Positions 10,912 through 22,994 are shown, numbered from the whole stretch's first letter. The stretch: 63,433 bases of DNA, filler included, from Stramenopiles sp. TOSAG23-3 (GCA_900128585.1; 47 parts of 47 records of this genome joined end to end with filler, not necessarily neighbours in it); one strand, 5' to 3'. Translations and numbers: made by a program. The notes: a model not told the origin generated them from the sequence alone.

Positions 10912-12135
10912 TCATGATTCACCGAAATCAAAATTACGATGTAAATTCACGATTGTTCGCAACTGCGATGGTGCGACGGCGCAGATAATAAAGTTATACA
11001 GACCGCTGACCGCTGTACTGGTAACACAGTAATGGGGAAAAAATGAGACTATAGATGTCTTTGTTGTTTCGATCATTGTCGACGTTATCCGATAAAGTTC
11101 CGACATTCCCCAGAGCGTCTTTGTTTTGATTACTGCCAGGTTTTTCTGTATAGATGTATTTATTGTTTTCCAGTCAAGCACTCCGGGACTAAAAAATGAG
11201 ACTATAGATGTCGACGTTATCCGATAAAGTTCCGACATTCCCCAGAGCGTCTTTGTATTGATTACTGCCAGGTTTTTCTGTATAGATGTATTTATTGTTT
11301 TCCAGTCCTTATGCCCCAAATAAATCACAAAATCTATTGCGGTAGCACACACGACATTTATGAAAACCATTTCCATCGCATCAATGCCATAGTGTTTGGT
11401 ATTTCGGGCGTGTTGGCCTAATCGTGCAGTAAGAACCGTATTTAAATGTTCAATTATACCACACACTGTTTTGTGCATTAGTTCTGTCGTCCGGCTAAAC
11501 AACTCGTAATATTTTGCTTGTGCCCGACTGATTTGTTCGTCAACGTCAAATTCAAAAAGGAAGTTAGCCAATTTGTGCCCCCAGTGACCTCCCAAGACTT
11601 GAAGTTCAACGTTTGGTCCATACACGTGCTTACCATCTTTGGATTTACTATCCCAGTACCCCCAATGGTTCGTTCGTATATCCCGTTGAGGTACTGTTGG
11701 GCGGCTAGCATGACCGTTTTGGTCCACCCGCTGTTGCGTGGTGGTAGTGGTCTCGGTTGTAGGGTAATAAGCCCCACACCACCCGGGCTTCCCATCGGTA
11801 TGAAAATCGGTATCACGGTTGGTGTGTCCGTCAGGTCTAACGTTTTCTCCAGGCTTGTAGTTTTTAGTGTTTCCGTGGGAGTCCGTCTCCTGCGTCACTT
11901 CTTTGTAGTGGTCTACGCGCTGACGGGTATGGACCGTGCCTCCAATTTTCCCATTGGAATCCGTTGCGCTATATGTCTCGTGGCTAATGGGTCCATGCTT
12001 GGAATATAAGTTACCATTTGTCGTTTTAGTTTTTCTGTGACGAAGCAGCCTTTTTATCACTGTCGTGATTGTATACGTTCCGTCTTTGAACGTTACATTT
12101 TCGATTGGCACATTAAACCCAAGGACATCACACAA
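10912..12135 (-). CDS. Hypothetical protein, 5'-truncated, with duplicated C-terminal segment
   Basis: 407-aa open frame; DWKTINTSIQKNLAVIxTKTLWGMSELYRITST occurs twice. Confidence 0.65.
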   Translation of the reverse strand: MCDVLGFNVPIENVTFKDGTYTITTVIKRLLRHRKTKTTNGNLYSKHGPISHETYSATDSNGKIGGTVHTRQRVDHYKEVTQETDSHGNTKNYKPGENVRPDGHTNRDTDFHTDGKPGWCGAYYPTTETTTTTQQRVDQNGHASRPTVPQRDIRTNHWGYWDSKSKDGKHVYGPNVELQVLGGHWGHKLANFLFEFDVDEQISRAQAKYYELFSRTTELMHKTVCGIIEHLNTVLTARLGQHARNTKHYGIDAMEMVFINVVCATAIDFVIYLGHKDWKTINTSIQKNLAVINTKTLWGMSELYRITSTSIVSFFSPGVLDWKTINTSIQKNLAVIKTKTLWGMSELYRITSTMIETTKTSIVSFFPHYCVTSTAVSGLYNFIICAVAPSQLRTIVNLHRNFDFGES

Positions 12136-12240
12136 CCAGTNNNNNNNNNNNNNNNNNNNNNNNNNNNNNNNNNNNNNNNNNNNNTTAATTAATTAANNNN
12201 NNNNNNNNNNNNNNNNNNNNNNNNNNNNNNNNNNNNNNNN

Positions 12241-12940
12241 CCTCGTCCTCGTCGTCCCCTTCTTCATCGGTCCCCGCCCAGCTCTCACATGCGGCGCAGG
12301 CTTTGGCAAAGTGGTGCCAGAACAAACGAAAATTGCTCGGGAAATGCTTCATTTTCTGCTTTCCGCCATAAGGGTTGGCGAGCCTTTCATCAGAGGAACT
12401 GCTTGTGATAAGCTCATGCTGTTCGTCCAAAAACACCTGCGCAGACAGTTCTTCGTATTCGACTTCTGGGCCCATTACTGGCGACGGAAAGCCGAAGCAG
12501 TGAAACATAAAATTGCACATTTCCGCCCCGACAATCTCTGCATTTTCCACATATTTAGACGTAAAAGACGATACAACATCAAAAGTGAGCCTGCCCGGAG
12601 CTAGCAACACGTGGAACAAGGACGTCCCTTCGTCAAGCCCGTTGGATGCACCCCCTATACCGGTTGCAGATGGCTGCCCAGGGACGTTGGATTCGATCTC
12701 TTCCTCGTCGTCCCGGTGAGGTGTCTCTAGCGCAGAGTCGCTCGCCCGCGCCACGCCCGTCGCGTTGAATGCGTGTGTCAAAGTGTTTTCTGCGCCAAGT
12801 TTTGATGGAACGCCTTCTTCGATGTCGCGAGGACTTTGATTCTCATCGTTTTCTTCTGCGGCACTACTACTCGGGGACACGGCCTTCCCCCCCGGGACGA
12901 ACCTTGTCGGTTTTGAGCGCCTCCTTTGACTTCGGACCAT
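12241..12940 (-). CDS. SCC3: Cohesin subunit Scc3/SA (STAG) N-terminal region, 3'-truncated
   Basis: Disordered acidic N-terminus followed by EMCNFMFHCFG...NPYGGKQKMKHFPSNFRLFWHHF, resembling the region that precedes the STAG domain. Confidence 0.65.
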
Positions 12941-14147
12941 CTAAAGAACAGTTGGCGATTTTACTATAAAAAGCGACAAAACTGTGCACAAATCGCAGCA
13001 AAACGAAATGCAGGGACTTGGCAAAGTACAAACGAACAAAAATTCGAAACACGGTCGTTGGCAATCGTTGTAAATGTGCTCTCACGTTCGTTGATGGGTT
13101 TGGAGGAAAAGGATGATGATGATGCGTACGGTATCTCTTGAATGCACTCTTCGCGCGGGACGACAAAAAAACGTTTGTATTCGTCAATGAAAAAGATAAT
13201 GAGTCTCTTTAACTGTTTGTTTTACTAATGATCAAAATGCTGCTGTATCTTCAACTTGCAGGATCATAAAAACAATTTTAATCGATGTGATGTTAAGTAA
13301 AGGATACTTTTGAAATCAATCAATTCTAATCATTATTAATAATAATAATAATAAAAAATCACATCGTCTGTCTTCTTCTTCTATCTTCTTTTCTCATCAA
13401 AAAAGTCTTACTACTTCTTCTTCTTGCTATTCAATGTATTTAAAGAAAGAAAGAAATTAATATCAACAAAAAAAATAAAAAAATGATATTTTTCTTTCNN
13501 NNNNNNNNNNNNNNNNNNNNNNNNNNNNNNNNNNNNNNNNNNTTAATTAATTAANNNNNNNNNNNNNNNNNNNNNNNNNNNNNNNNNNNNNNNNNNNNGT
13601 ACGTACACCCGAGCAGGAAAGAAAGGCAAGATGTGATGATGAGTGAGGAGATACAAGGAATGTGATACGAGGATATGATGCGCATATTTTCTTTTTGCTG
13701 TTGTGTCTATATGTAATAGTGTGTTTATGTTTTTTTTTTTAATTATTTAATATATTTTATCATCTTAAAATAATCTTAATAATTATTATATTTTTCTCAT
13801 CTCATCACCACATCTCTCATCAGAGCTTACTACTTTACATTGAGATAGCATTCTTCATCAAAATATCATGCATGATGCTTGCTTTGTTGAATGTTTTGAA
13901 TTTAATAAAAATAAGTTTGTCATAGAATAGTAATATGGTGTCTTTCTTTTTTCTGTTCTTAGTCTTCTATATCATTTTCATTTGTTTGTTATCTCCCAAC
14001 TAGTTGTTGGATAGATTGTTTGTATTTTTCTTCGGAAGAATGTTTTCGTTATGTTCGAGCACACACACATATATATACATCGTTTTAAACGTCTCATGGG
14101 ATAAAAATCAAATGCCCTCAACTGTAGGTTGTCTGCTCTAGATACAT

Positions 14148-14856
14148 ATGGGGAAGAAAAAGAAAAGAGCTGGAAAGAAGCAAAGGAAAGAGGCCAATGG
14201 GGGGTTCCTTTTGAAAACAGTATTCTTGCTTTTCGCAGTAATGATGATCCCAGTCCTCCTTTTCCTCGACGTTGGTCGACAGAATCGAAGTAATCTTCGT
14301 GTGCGGTTGGAAAAGATTCCTAACATTAGCCCCAGACGCGTCGAGGATGATACAGCGTTACAAATTGTCGATAAATCTGCAGGCGATCCGAATGGCACCA
14401 TCGTGAATGCAGCGAACGTGGCGAATGCACCTCGTCAAGCGGTTTACCTGGAGTCCGTCATGGACGCCTTCGACTCCATGACGTCGAGCGCAAAAATCCC
14501 AAAGAGTATGGTATCCCCTAGAAGGCAAAAAATAGGATTGAAACGGGACGGCAACTTTTACGAAACGATGGTGAAGCAGTTTCCAAAGGCCAAATGCTTT
14601 CGGACGGTAAAAGAAGACGTAAATGTCGATTATATTCCCCCCGTCTTTCATGGAAAGTCGTTGACAGAGTCCATTGCCGCAAACCCGCGGTCGCAGTATA
14701 AAGTTCTCGTCGACCCGCACACCGACGCTGCGGCTTTGAAACGCTCTATTTTGTTGGACCCGTACCAGTTTCTACCGAACGCTCAACGCGACCCATCCGT
14801 TGGTCTTTGCCTTGTAGAAAAAGGCTACGTTTCTGCTACCGGGGACGTCTGCACCA
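14148..14856 (+). CDS. Type II membrane protein, possible Golgi glycosyltransferase stem, 3'-truncated
   Basis: Basic N-tail, single TM (FLLKTVFLLFAVMMIPVLLFL), luminal region; no catalytic motifs visible. Confidence 0.6.
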
Positions 14857-14956
14857 NNNNNNNNNNNNNNNNNNNNNNNNNNNNNNNNNNNNNNNNNNNN
14901 TTAATTAATTAANNNNNNNNNNNNNNNNNNNNNNNNNNNNNNNNNNNNNNNNNNNN

Positions 14957-16149
14957 TGGATTTTTGCATTTTGAACGGGGTTTACTTTTTTTTCAGCCGC
15001 CGGCACATCGTCATCTGGATGGTCTCCGCACTGGCGTTTGCAACACGGATCTTCGTCACAGTCGCACCTTTTGAAGCAACAGCATAGAGGAATGCGACAG
15101 CAACAGAATGGAATGCAATACCAATATCGGCACGATTTTCTGCAAACACAGCGACGCAAACAGCATGACGAAATGCATGACCAGACTAAAACATACAGGA
15201 TAAATGACCCGAAGACGAAACTGATGGCCGAGACCATCTTGGCGGGCGTACTTTCCGCATTTAAAATCCGACCACAAGTGGTCTGACTGTAAAACCCGTG
15301 AAAGTTTTGAGAAGAGCAGGTTTTAACTTCTTCTATATCCTTAACTATCTTATCCCCAACAGTGCCTTTTATAGAAATCTTCTCTACTTTTCCGTGGATT
15401 GTAAAATTTACACAATTTTCTTGTTCCTTGTTGTTCTGCACATTGTTGTTGTTCTTAACTTGTTCTACATCTTCACAGGAACTCGCTTTCTCAGAAACTT
15501 TCTTCATAGTTTCTACCAGTTTAACTTTTCGCTTTTCAATATTTAATGCTGTCTCATTGCATAAACATTTGTTTCCTCGGTTTTTTTTCTCTCTGCTCGG
15601 AAGCCACATGTCGTTGCAAAGGAAGCATGTCACATGATGTACAGATCGGTTGTACAGCCGAGATATCGGAACCCTAACTTTCTGTCCATTTGCAAGCTCT
15701 GCGATATAATCTGGGTCATCAATAAAATACTTGAATAGATTATCGCCAATGTCGGATGAAGGTGGGCCAGAGTAAGGTTTTGGTAGGCGTCTGCAAATAT
15801 CTCCTGAGTATACCGTTGGTGGCTCCCTCTCCCTCGCCTTCTCTCGCCCTCCTACGCTTGCATAAAACTGGTCCTCCGCTTTTTCCAATTCCACACACTC
15901 TTCATAACTTATCTGCGTCTTAAAACTCTCCACTGGTCTACTAATATCATTGTATTGATGTACCGGATCTTTGAAATACTTGTCTGACAATATTCGAAAA
16001 CCACTATTGAAACCACTATTGAAACCACTATATGCGTAACCTTTTATAACACGATCGGTGACAGTTGGCGCAGTAAACAGCTCACCACAATCTTGAAGTT
16101 TTCCATCTTCATTCGTCAGTGAGCATTCAATACGTCTCCATTTATCCAT
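14957..16149 (-). CDS. Single-pass membrane protein with Cys-rich juxtamembrane tail, partial
   Basis: ~400-aa frame; TM AISFVFGSFILYVLVW followed by CCLRRCVC...CCC...CCC...CC. Confidence 0.7.
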
Positions 16150-16313
16150 CTGACATGTTGAACTAAAGCAGGGTCGCTTGACACAAGCGCATGGACAGTT
16201 TTTTTTTTTTTTTNNNNNNNNNNNNNNNNNNNNNNNNNNNNNNNNNNNNNNNNNNNNTTAATTAATTAANNNNNNNNNNNNNNNNNNNNNNNNNNNNNNN
16301 NNNNNNNNNNNNN

Positions 16314-17570
16314 CAATGATTGTAACGAATCATTCTCAATTAACTCAAGAAGACATTGACAACCAACATTACCAATCTTATTACCAGACAAAAAAAGTCC
16401 ATTCAGCATTGGAATAGCAGGAACAACATTACTCAATACAGCTAGACCTTCATCTCCTATATTGTTGTTACCCAAACCAAGCCTCTCCAAGTTTGGCATT
16501 GTTCTTAAGACCGGAGCGATTGTTCGGCAGCCTTCATCGGTGATCGATTTGGAATAAAGATTCAACGTTCCAGTGAACCCCTCGCCTTGCTTCATCTGGT
16601 CCGCCATAGCCTTCCCGACGACCCTTTCCACGGCCTCTTCCTCGGCCTTCCGGATCGCTTCGGCCTCTTCCTCTGCTTTGGCCTTTCGGATCGCTTCGGC
16701 CTCTTCCTCTGCTTTGGCCTTTCGGATCGCTTCGGCCTCTTCCTTGAACTTCTGGATCGCTTCGGCCATCTTCCGGATCGTCTTGGCATTTTCCATGGCC
16801 ATCTTCTCGGCCTCTTCCTTGGACTTCTGGATCGCTTCGGCCATCTTCCGGATTGTCTTGGCATTTTCCATGGCCATCTTGGTGGTCTTCTTGGCCTCTT
16901 CCTTGGCCTTCCGTTTCGCCTCTTCCCTAACCTTCCGGGTCTTCTCGGCATTTTCCTGGGCCTTCCGGATCGCCTCGGCCTCTTTTTCTGCCGTGGCCTT
17001 CCGTTTCGCCTCTGCCTCTTCTTCGGCTGTGCGGTTCGCCTCTTCCTCGGCCTTAGCCTTCCGCATCGCCTCTTCCTCGGCCTCGGCCTTCCGGATCGCC
17101 TCTTCTTCGGCCTCTGCCTTCCGGACCGCCTCTGCCTCTTCCTCGGCATTCCTCAACCAGCGCTCCTGTACAGCCGTTCCACCGGTCTGAAACAGTTCCA
17201 ACGCAAGGACCCCTTGGACCCGGCAAAGATCTTTCTCCAGCTGCTCCCGTGTCTCCGCGCAGTTCTCTGTCCACGCCGTGCACGCCTTGACCGACGCGGC
17301 CACCAACGCCCCGTCCACCATCGGTTTGGCCGCAACGTCAAGTATGCACCCCATCACGGCGTCAGCCACCGCCTTGGAGTCTACAACAATACGACCGGTG
17401 TGAGATTTAGGATTAATCGTTCGCGACGCTAGTGCACAGATGCTTGCGCGGCAGCATTTTGCCACATCGCGTTTGAGCATCTCCATTTTCCCTTTCAGGG
17501 CTGCCTTTGCGTTGGCAAGGATGATCTCGAGAAACGCGTCGAACCGTCCGATTCTCGCCGTCGTCCCGCC
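16314..17570 (-). CDS. Coiled-coil repeat plus RI-like (NLRC3-type) LRR protein, partial
   Basis: AEEEAEAIRKA repeats, then LNLYSKSITDEGC, LERLGLGNNNIGDEGL, LFLSGNKIGNVGC; frame open across the whole contig. Confidence 0.85.
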
Positions 17571-17672
17571 NNNNNNNNNNNNNNNNNNNNNNNNNNNNNN
17601 NNNNNNNNNNNNNNTTAATTAATTAANNNNNNNNNNNNNNNNNNNNNNNNNNNNNNNNNNNNNNNNNNNNTT

Positions 17673-17715
<43 letters not shown>

Positions 17716-18112
17716 CTTTACTTCGTATGATTTCATATTATAATTAAAAAAAAGTGATGAATGATGAAATCAGCAGCAGCAGATTATCAAATAACAACAT
17801 ACACCACTACCAAAAAAAGACAAGTGAAAGAAGAAAGAAATCGTTTTTAACAAGTTAAGAACACTTGTTCATTTCATGTATATATTAAAATAATTAGATA
17901 TCGAATGTAAATATCTTCAACTTGTTTTAAATTCTTTTTAAAAGTTTAATCGAAGAATTTAATGATTTTATGTTTGGAATAATTGATTGGAATATTTGAA
18001 ATACGAAAGAGAGACCCAGAAGGAGTTGTAAGAGACAAGAAGCAGCAGCAGCAGCAGCAGTACGCAATTCTTCCATCCACGAAAAAGTGCTCCGAACGTC
18101 GCACAAGAGAGT

Positions 18113-18926
18113 ATGGCGTCGAACCAAGCCCGGCAGCTGACCATTTCGCCCACGCGGGCGCAGACGAAGAAGAAGCTCAAGCAGGCGTCGACCCCCACCT
18201 GGGTGAAAGAGGTCCACTCCAGCCAAAATCAACCGTGCCACGGGGCCGCCGCGGCCAGCGGGATGCCGCGGGGTTCCCGGCATCAGCAGAATCATCCTCT
18301 GGGGCACCAGTTTGGCGGAAGCGCAAACGGGCCAACGAACAGCCTGTCTGGGCGATTGCGGGCCGTCTCCGACATGTCGAACTCGGGACTGCTCAGCCCG
18401 AAAGAAAAGGCCCAGCTGAAAGACCTCATACTATCTGAAAACGAAGAAGTTCAGCAAGCACTGAGCCTGTACGAGATGACCGGGAGCACGAACGACGTGG
18501 TTCGAGTCTTGAGCTCGGCGAGCTCAATCGCCTCCTCCCAGGAGAACAGCCTGGAGGGGGAGAAGGAGAACGACGAGAGCTTCGCACAGTCGATCGATGG
18601 TTTGGTCTTGAACATAGGGTCAAAGAGGCACCCTGTCCCGTCGGGCGCCGCTGGAAGAGAAAGAGTTCGGCTACCAAAGAGCCCCAGCCACCGGGCCGAG
18701 TTCAACCACATCGGGGCCGCCCACTCCGCGGAGGCACGGAGCGAGCGGGCCCTGAAGGCGGACATACTCGGCGTCGCCAACATCTCCGACCGGTACGCCT
18801 CGTCTTCCAGCTCGTCCCAAAGCACCGTCAAAAGTTTGTCACCCGCTGACAGCGCCCGTTCCTTAGAGGCCATCGCTTGCAGCAGTTCCACGCCATCCCC
18901 CCGGAACGGCCGGCGGAGCCGGACCG
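18113..18926 (+). CDS. Hypothetical low-complexity protein, 3'-truncated
   Basis: ATG after an AT-rich leader; helical motif LLSPKEKAQLKDLILSENEEVQQALSLYE; GC-rich codons. Confidence 0.7.
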
Positions 18927-19026
18927 NNNNNNNNNNNNNNNNNNNNNNNNNNNNNNNNNNNNNNNNNNNNTTAATTAATTAANNNNNNNNNNNNNNNNNN
19001 NNNNNNNNNNNNNNNNNNNNNNNNNN

Positions 19027-19319
19027 GACGTTTGTTTGTTTTTTTCCACTGGCACCGCCTTGTTTGTCACCTTTCTCCACGAAAGCAGGTGGTAGACGAC
19101 CAAGACGAGAAAAAGTGCGGCGAACAAGAAGAATGCCCAGACCATTTCTCGGCCAAGGTCTTCAAAGTCGTAGGAGTACACTGCGGCAAGGTACACGTGT
19201 CCTGCCGCAAGGGTGAGGGCAAAGGCGTACAGACCGACCCCGGGCCAGCCCACGCTCTTGCAAAAGGTGTTCTCGTCCACTTCGAGTTCAATGGACAGTG
19301 TGCTGTTCCCATCGTCCAT
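19027..19319 (-). CDS. Multi-pass membrane protein N-terminus, 3'-truncated
   Basis: Two hydrophobic helices (GLYAFALTLAAGHVYLAAVY; MVWAFFLFAALFLVLVVY). Confidence 0.7.
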
Positions 19320-19669
19320 ATTTTGTATCCAAAGGGGGACGGGTCACGTTAGTTTTGTCGTTAACAGGGTCGTGCTTTAATTCGAGTGTCTCCCACAACA
19401 GAATATCTTTTGCCAAGAACAACCAACGCCTATTGTCTTGTTTTACCTTTTGACTTGTTGTGTGTTATACTTTACTTCGTAAAAATTGTTGACCGAAATG
19501 TGCCGACGCGCCCTTTAAAATGCACTCTGACAAGGGTAAAGCAAATATTCGGTCAAAAGGCAAATACTAACTTAGTTTTGGCCATTCATTTTGTAGTGCA
19601 AACAGGGGAATAATATCGAAGGCCGAGAAAGGGTAGGTAGGGTGCCTGGTGGTGCCTGGGTTTGTGGGA

Positions 19670-20280
19670 TACAGATCACACAGATCATAGCAACGTAGGT
19701 CATTATGCTCAATATTACACAGTCCACGTTGTACTCTTATGTCGTATTGCACTAGGAGAAACAGTATATATAAAAGTACATCATACAGTACACCCAGTCA
19801 AAACGATACATTCGGCGTACATATAAAAAGTACAAGGAAAGAAAAAAAAGGATGGCACCGGGAACGGGCAATCTACGCTGCAAACCGTGCGAAAAACAGG
19901 CCCAGCCGAAGGCTTTCCTTTTTCGAGTCCCGTCCGACCATAACATTATTTAAGGAATTTCAGAATTTTGCCACAATTATTTTATGGATCCCATAATTTC
20001 TTTTATGGCGGTCACGATGCGGGAGAATCCGGACACGGAGACGAACTGGTTATGACGAACTGGTTGTGCTGGGCAACAATGTCCCGCACGGTCCCAGCGG
20101 CACGCACAGTGAGTTGCCGTGGGTATTGCCGTGGGTATTGCCGTGGGTATTGCCTTGGGCGAGTCATGACTCACTGAAATACATACAAGAGTACAACACG
20201 AGAAGAAACAACGATGTCGTAGTGTAAAAAAATTTATCGATCAATATGAACATAATGAACTATGATCTGTGTGATCTGTA
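19670..20280. mobile_element. MITE-like non-autonomous element with terminal inverted repeats
   Basis: TACAGATCACACAGATCATAG (19670-19690) is the exact reverse complement of 20260-20280, and degenerate inverted similarity continues inward; no credible internal CDS. Confidence 0.7.
20114..20154 (+). repeat. 12-bp tandem repeat (TTGCCGTGGGTA) x3.4
   Basis: Directly visible inside the TIR-bounded element. Confidence 0.9.
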
Positions 20281-21738
20281 CCNNNNNNNNNNNNNNNNNN
20301 NNNNNNNNNNNNNNNNNNNNNNNNNNTTAATTAATTAANNNNNNNNNNNNNNNNNNNNNNNNNNNNNNNNNNNNNNNNNNNNTTTGTTGAATATATTTAG
20401 TTATTGATTTAAATAGGTTGTTTTAAATACTTTTTTGTTTGTTTTTGTTCTTTTCTTTCCTGCTGCCTCTTCTTCTTCTTGAGCCTTCAGCATCACATCC
20501 TCGGTCAATTTATTCTCGTAAATTATTCTTATTTTTATAGGGGCAATATCGATAAAATATATAAATTATATACGAGTATATAAAATAAACTACCACCATT
20601 ACGACATTACGACGTACGTAGACGACGCACGAAGACGACTAGCTTATCAAAACAAAGAATTTCAATATTTTATCTATAATATAGTAATTAATCTTTATAG
20701 TCGTCTAGCTACAGTGTACTACAAATTCTTTTAAAATTTTACCTACAGTATTATTCTTCAATAATAATATACAAAATAATATATCTAAATAAAAAATATA
20801 TAAATAAAATATCAAAAGTGTACCTCGTATTTTTTATGTATACATTTACGTCGTAAAGTACAAATCATTTTATTCATTCACAGCTCACAGCTTGTTTAAT
20901 AAATTACAAGAAACACAAGTCAACAAGGAAGGAAGTATATAAATCTCTGCTACTCGTACGTATTTACCGTAATACCATACTTCTCGCTTTGAAGAAAGAA
21001 AAGTTAATTAAAGACGATGGATTCGTATGCCGCTTATTTTTTTTCCACCATGAAGCAATGTACAAATAAAAGCAATTTAAACTATTAACAATAACAATAA
21101 CACAGCAGTAAATCAAATTATGGTGGTAGACTTATAGTTAGTAGAAAAAATAAATTTTAAAGTTTATAGTAGTAGTACGAACTTCGATTAAATATATAAT
21201 TAGTGTTATTGTTAGGGTTATTATGTAGGATGTAGGGTGTTGTTGTACGAGGAGACGATGATTTCGTAGAAAGAAGTAATAATAAGGAATTACAAGGGAT
21301 GTGGTGTCAATCAGATCCGACGAAATAAAATAACTGGCCAATTATTATAATAAATTGGTTCTAACCACATTTTTGTTTTAAAATTATTTAGTAGTAAAAT
21401 AATAAGAACAAGTCTAAAAAATATTATTTAACTAGTCTAGTCGTTCTATTTATTATATACGAAGAAGGGGCGTGAAGTAAAACTTGAAATTCTGGTTTCA
21501 GAGAGGTTGAGGAAAATGAGAGGAAAATGAAAAAGAATTAACATATACATACCATTATTTATCCACAATTCTTTTCTATAAAAAAAATTTGTCGTACTGA
21601 AAAATGAATCGCTCATTTGCACATATAACATAATCACANNNNNNNNNNNNNNNNNNNNNNNNNNNNNNNNNNNNNNNNNNNNTTAATTAATTAANNNNNN
21701 NNNNNNNNNNNNNNNNNNNNNNNNNNNNNNNNNNNNNN

Positions 21739-22994
21739 ACAGGATGCCAAGCATGTAAATTTGAGGGATTAAACGACGATTTAAAAGGCGAATTACTATA
21801 TGTTCTAAAAGGTAGCACAGCAACGTACAAATGGGAAGGGGGAGCGTTTGATCCAACCTGGCCAAGAGACGAAGTTTTGAAATGGGGCGGAGATAACAAA
21901 CATTCGACCTTTACAAAAGACACTGTTCGTGCTGGTTGTCCTTCTTATGGTTTATGGGAATGCAAGGCAAGCGAAGCAGACGGTGGACCGCATCGATGGC
22001 TAGCTACAATTAAAAACCGCACAAAACATGGTTCAGGATGCCAAGCATGTAAATTTGAGGGATTAAACGACGAATTAAAAGGCGAATTACTATATGTTCT
22101 AAAAGGTAGCAAAGCAACGTACAAATGGGAAGGGGGAGCGTTTGATCCAACCTGGCCAAGAGAGAAAGTTTTGAAATGGGGCGTAGATAACAAACATTCG
22201 ACCATTACAAAAGACACTGTTGGTGCTGGTAGTCCTTCTTATGGTTTATGGGAATGCAAGGCAAGCGAAGCAGATGGTGGACCGCATCGATGGCTAGCTA
22301 AAATTTACAGCCGCACAAAACAGGGTCAAGGATGCCAAGCATGTAAATTTGAGGGATTAAACGATGATTTAAAAGGCGAATTACTATATGTTCTAAACGG
22401 TCGCACAGCAACGCACAAATGGGAAGGGGGAGCGTTTGATCCAAACTGGCCAAGAGACAAAGTTTTGAAATGGGGCGTAGATAACAAACATTCGACCTTT
22501 ACAAAAGACACTGTTGGTGCTGGTAGTCGTTTTTATGGTTTATGGGAATGCAAGGCAAGCGAAGCAGATGGTGGACCGCATCGATGGCCAGCTCTAATTC
22601 AAAACCGCACACAACGGGGTGACGGATGCCCAGCATGTAAATTTGAGGGATTAAACGACGATTTAAAAGGCGAATTACTATATGTTCTAAAAGGTAGCAA
22701 AGCAACGTACGAATGGGAAGGGGGAGCGTTTGATCCAAACTGGCCAAGAGAGAAAGTTTTGAAATGGGGCGTAGATAACAAACATTCGACCTTTACAAAA
22801 GACACTGTTAGTGTTGGTATGCATTATTATGGTTTATGGGAATGCAAGGCAAGCGAAGCAGATGGTGGACCGCATCGATGGCCAGCTCAAATTTTAAACC
22901 GCGCAAAACATGGTAACGGATGCCCAGAGTGCTGTTTCCTCGGCACACGATTTACCCGCCAAACATTCCGTCGCATGGTTCAATCATTACTTCC
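21739..22994 (+). CDS. Tandem treble-clef zinc-ribbon (DUF4379-like) repeat protein, partial at both ends
   Basis: Each 98-aa unit has GLWECK...HRWxAxIxxRxxxGxGCxxC, the W-x-C...H-x-W...R...GCxxC pattern of this family. Confidence 0.85.
21742..22917 (+). repeat. 294-bp coding tandem repeat, four complete units
   Basis: GGATGC unit starts at 21742, 22036, 22330, 22624 and 22918 (exact 294-nt period). Confidence 0.98.

Noticed and set aside
16573-17432. Long alternative-frame ORFs over the AEEEAEAIRKA repeats
   Set aside because: Stop-free shadows of a low-complexity coding repeat.
20383-21638. AT-rich contig examined for tRNA, rRNA or organellar genes (also 50300-51341)
   Set aside because: No cloverleaf, rRNA signature or credible ORF; resembles host intergenic DNA.
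21742-22917. 294-bp repeats as a CRISPR array or a DGR template/variable repeat pair
   Set aside because: In-frame coding units without spacers; differences are not adenine-specific and no reverse transcriptase is visible.
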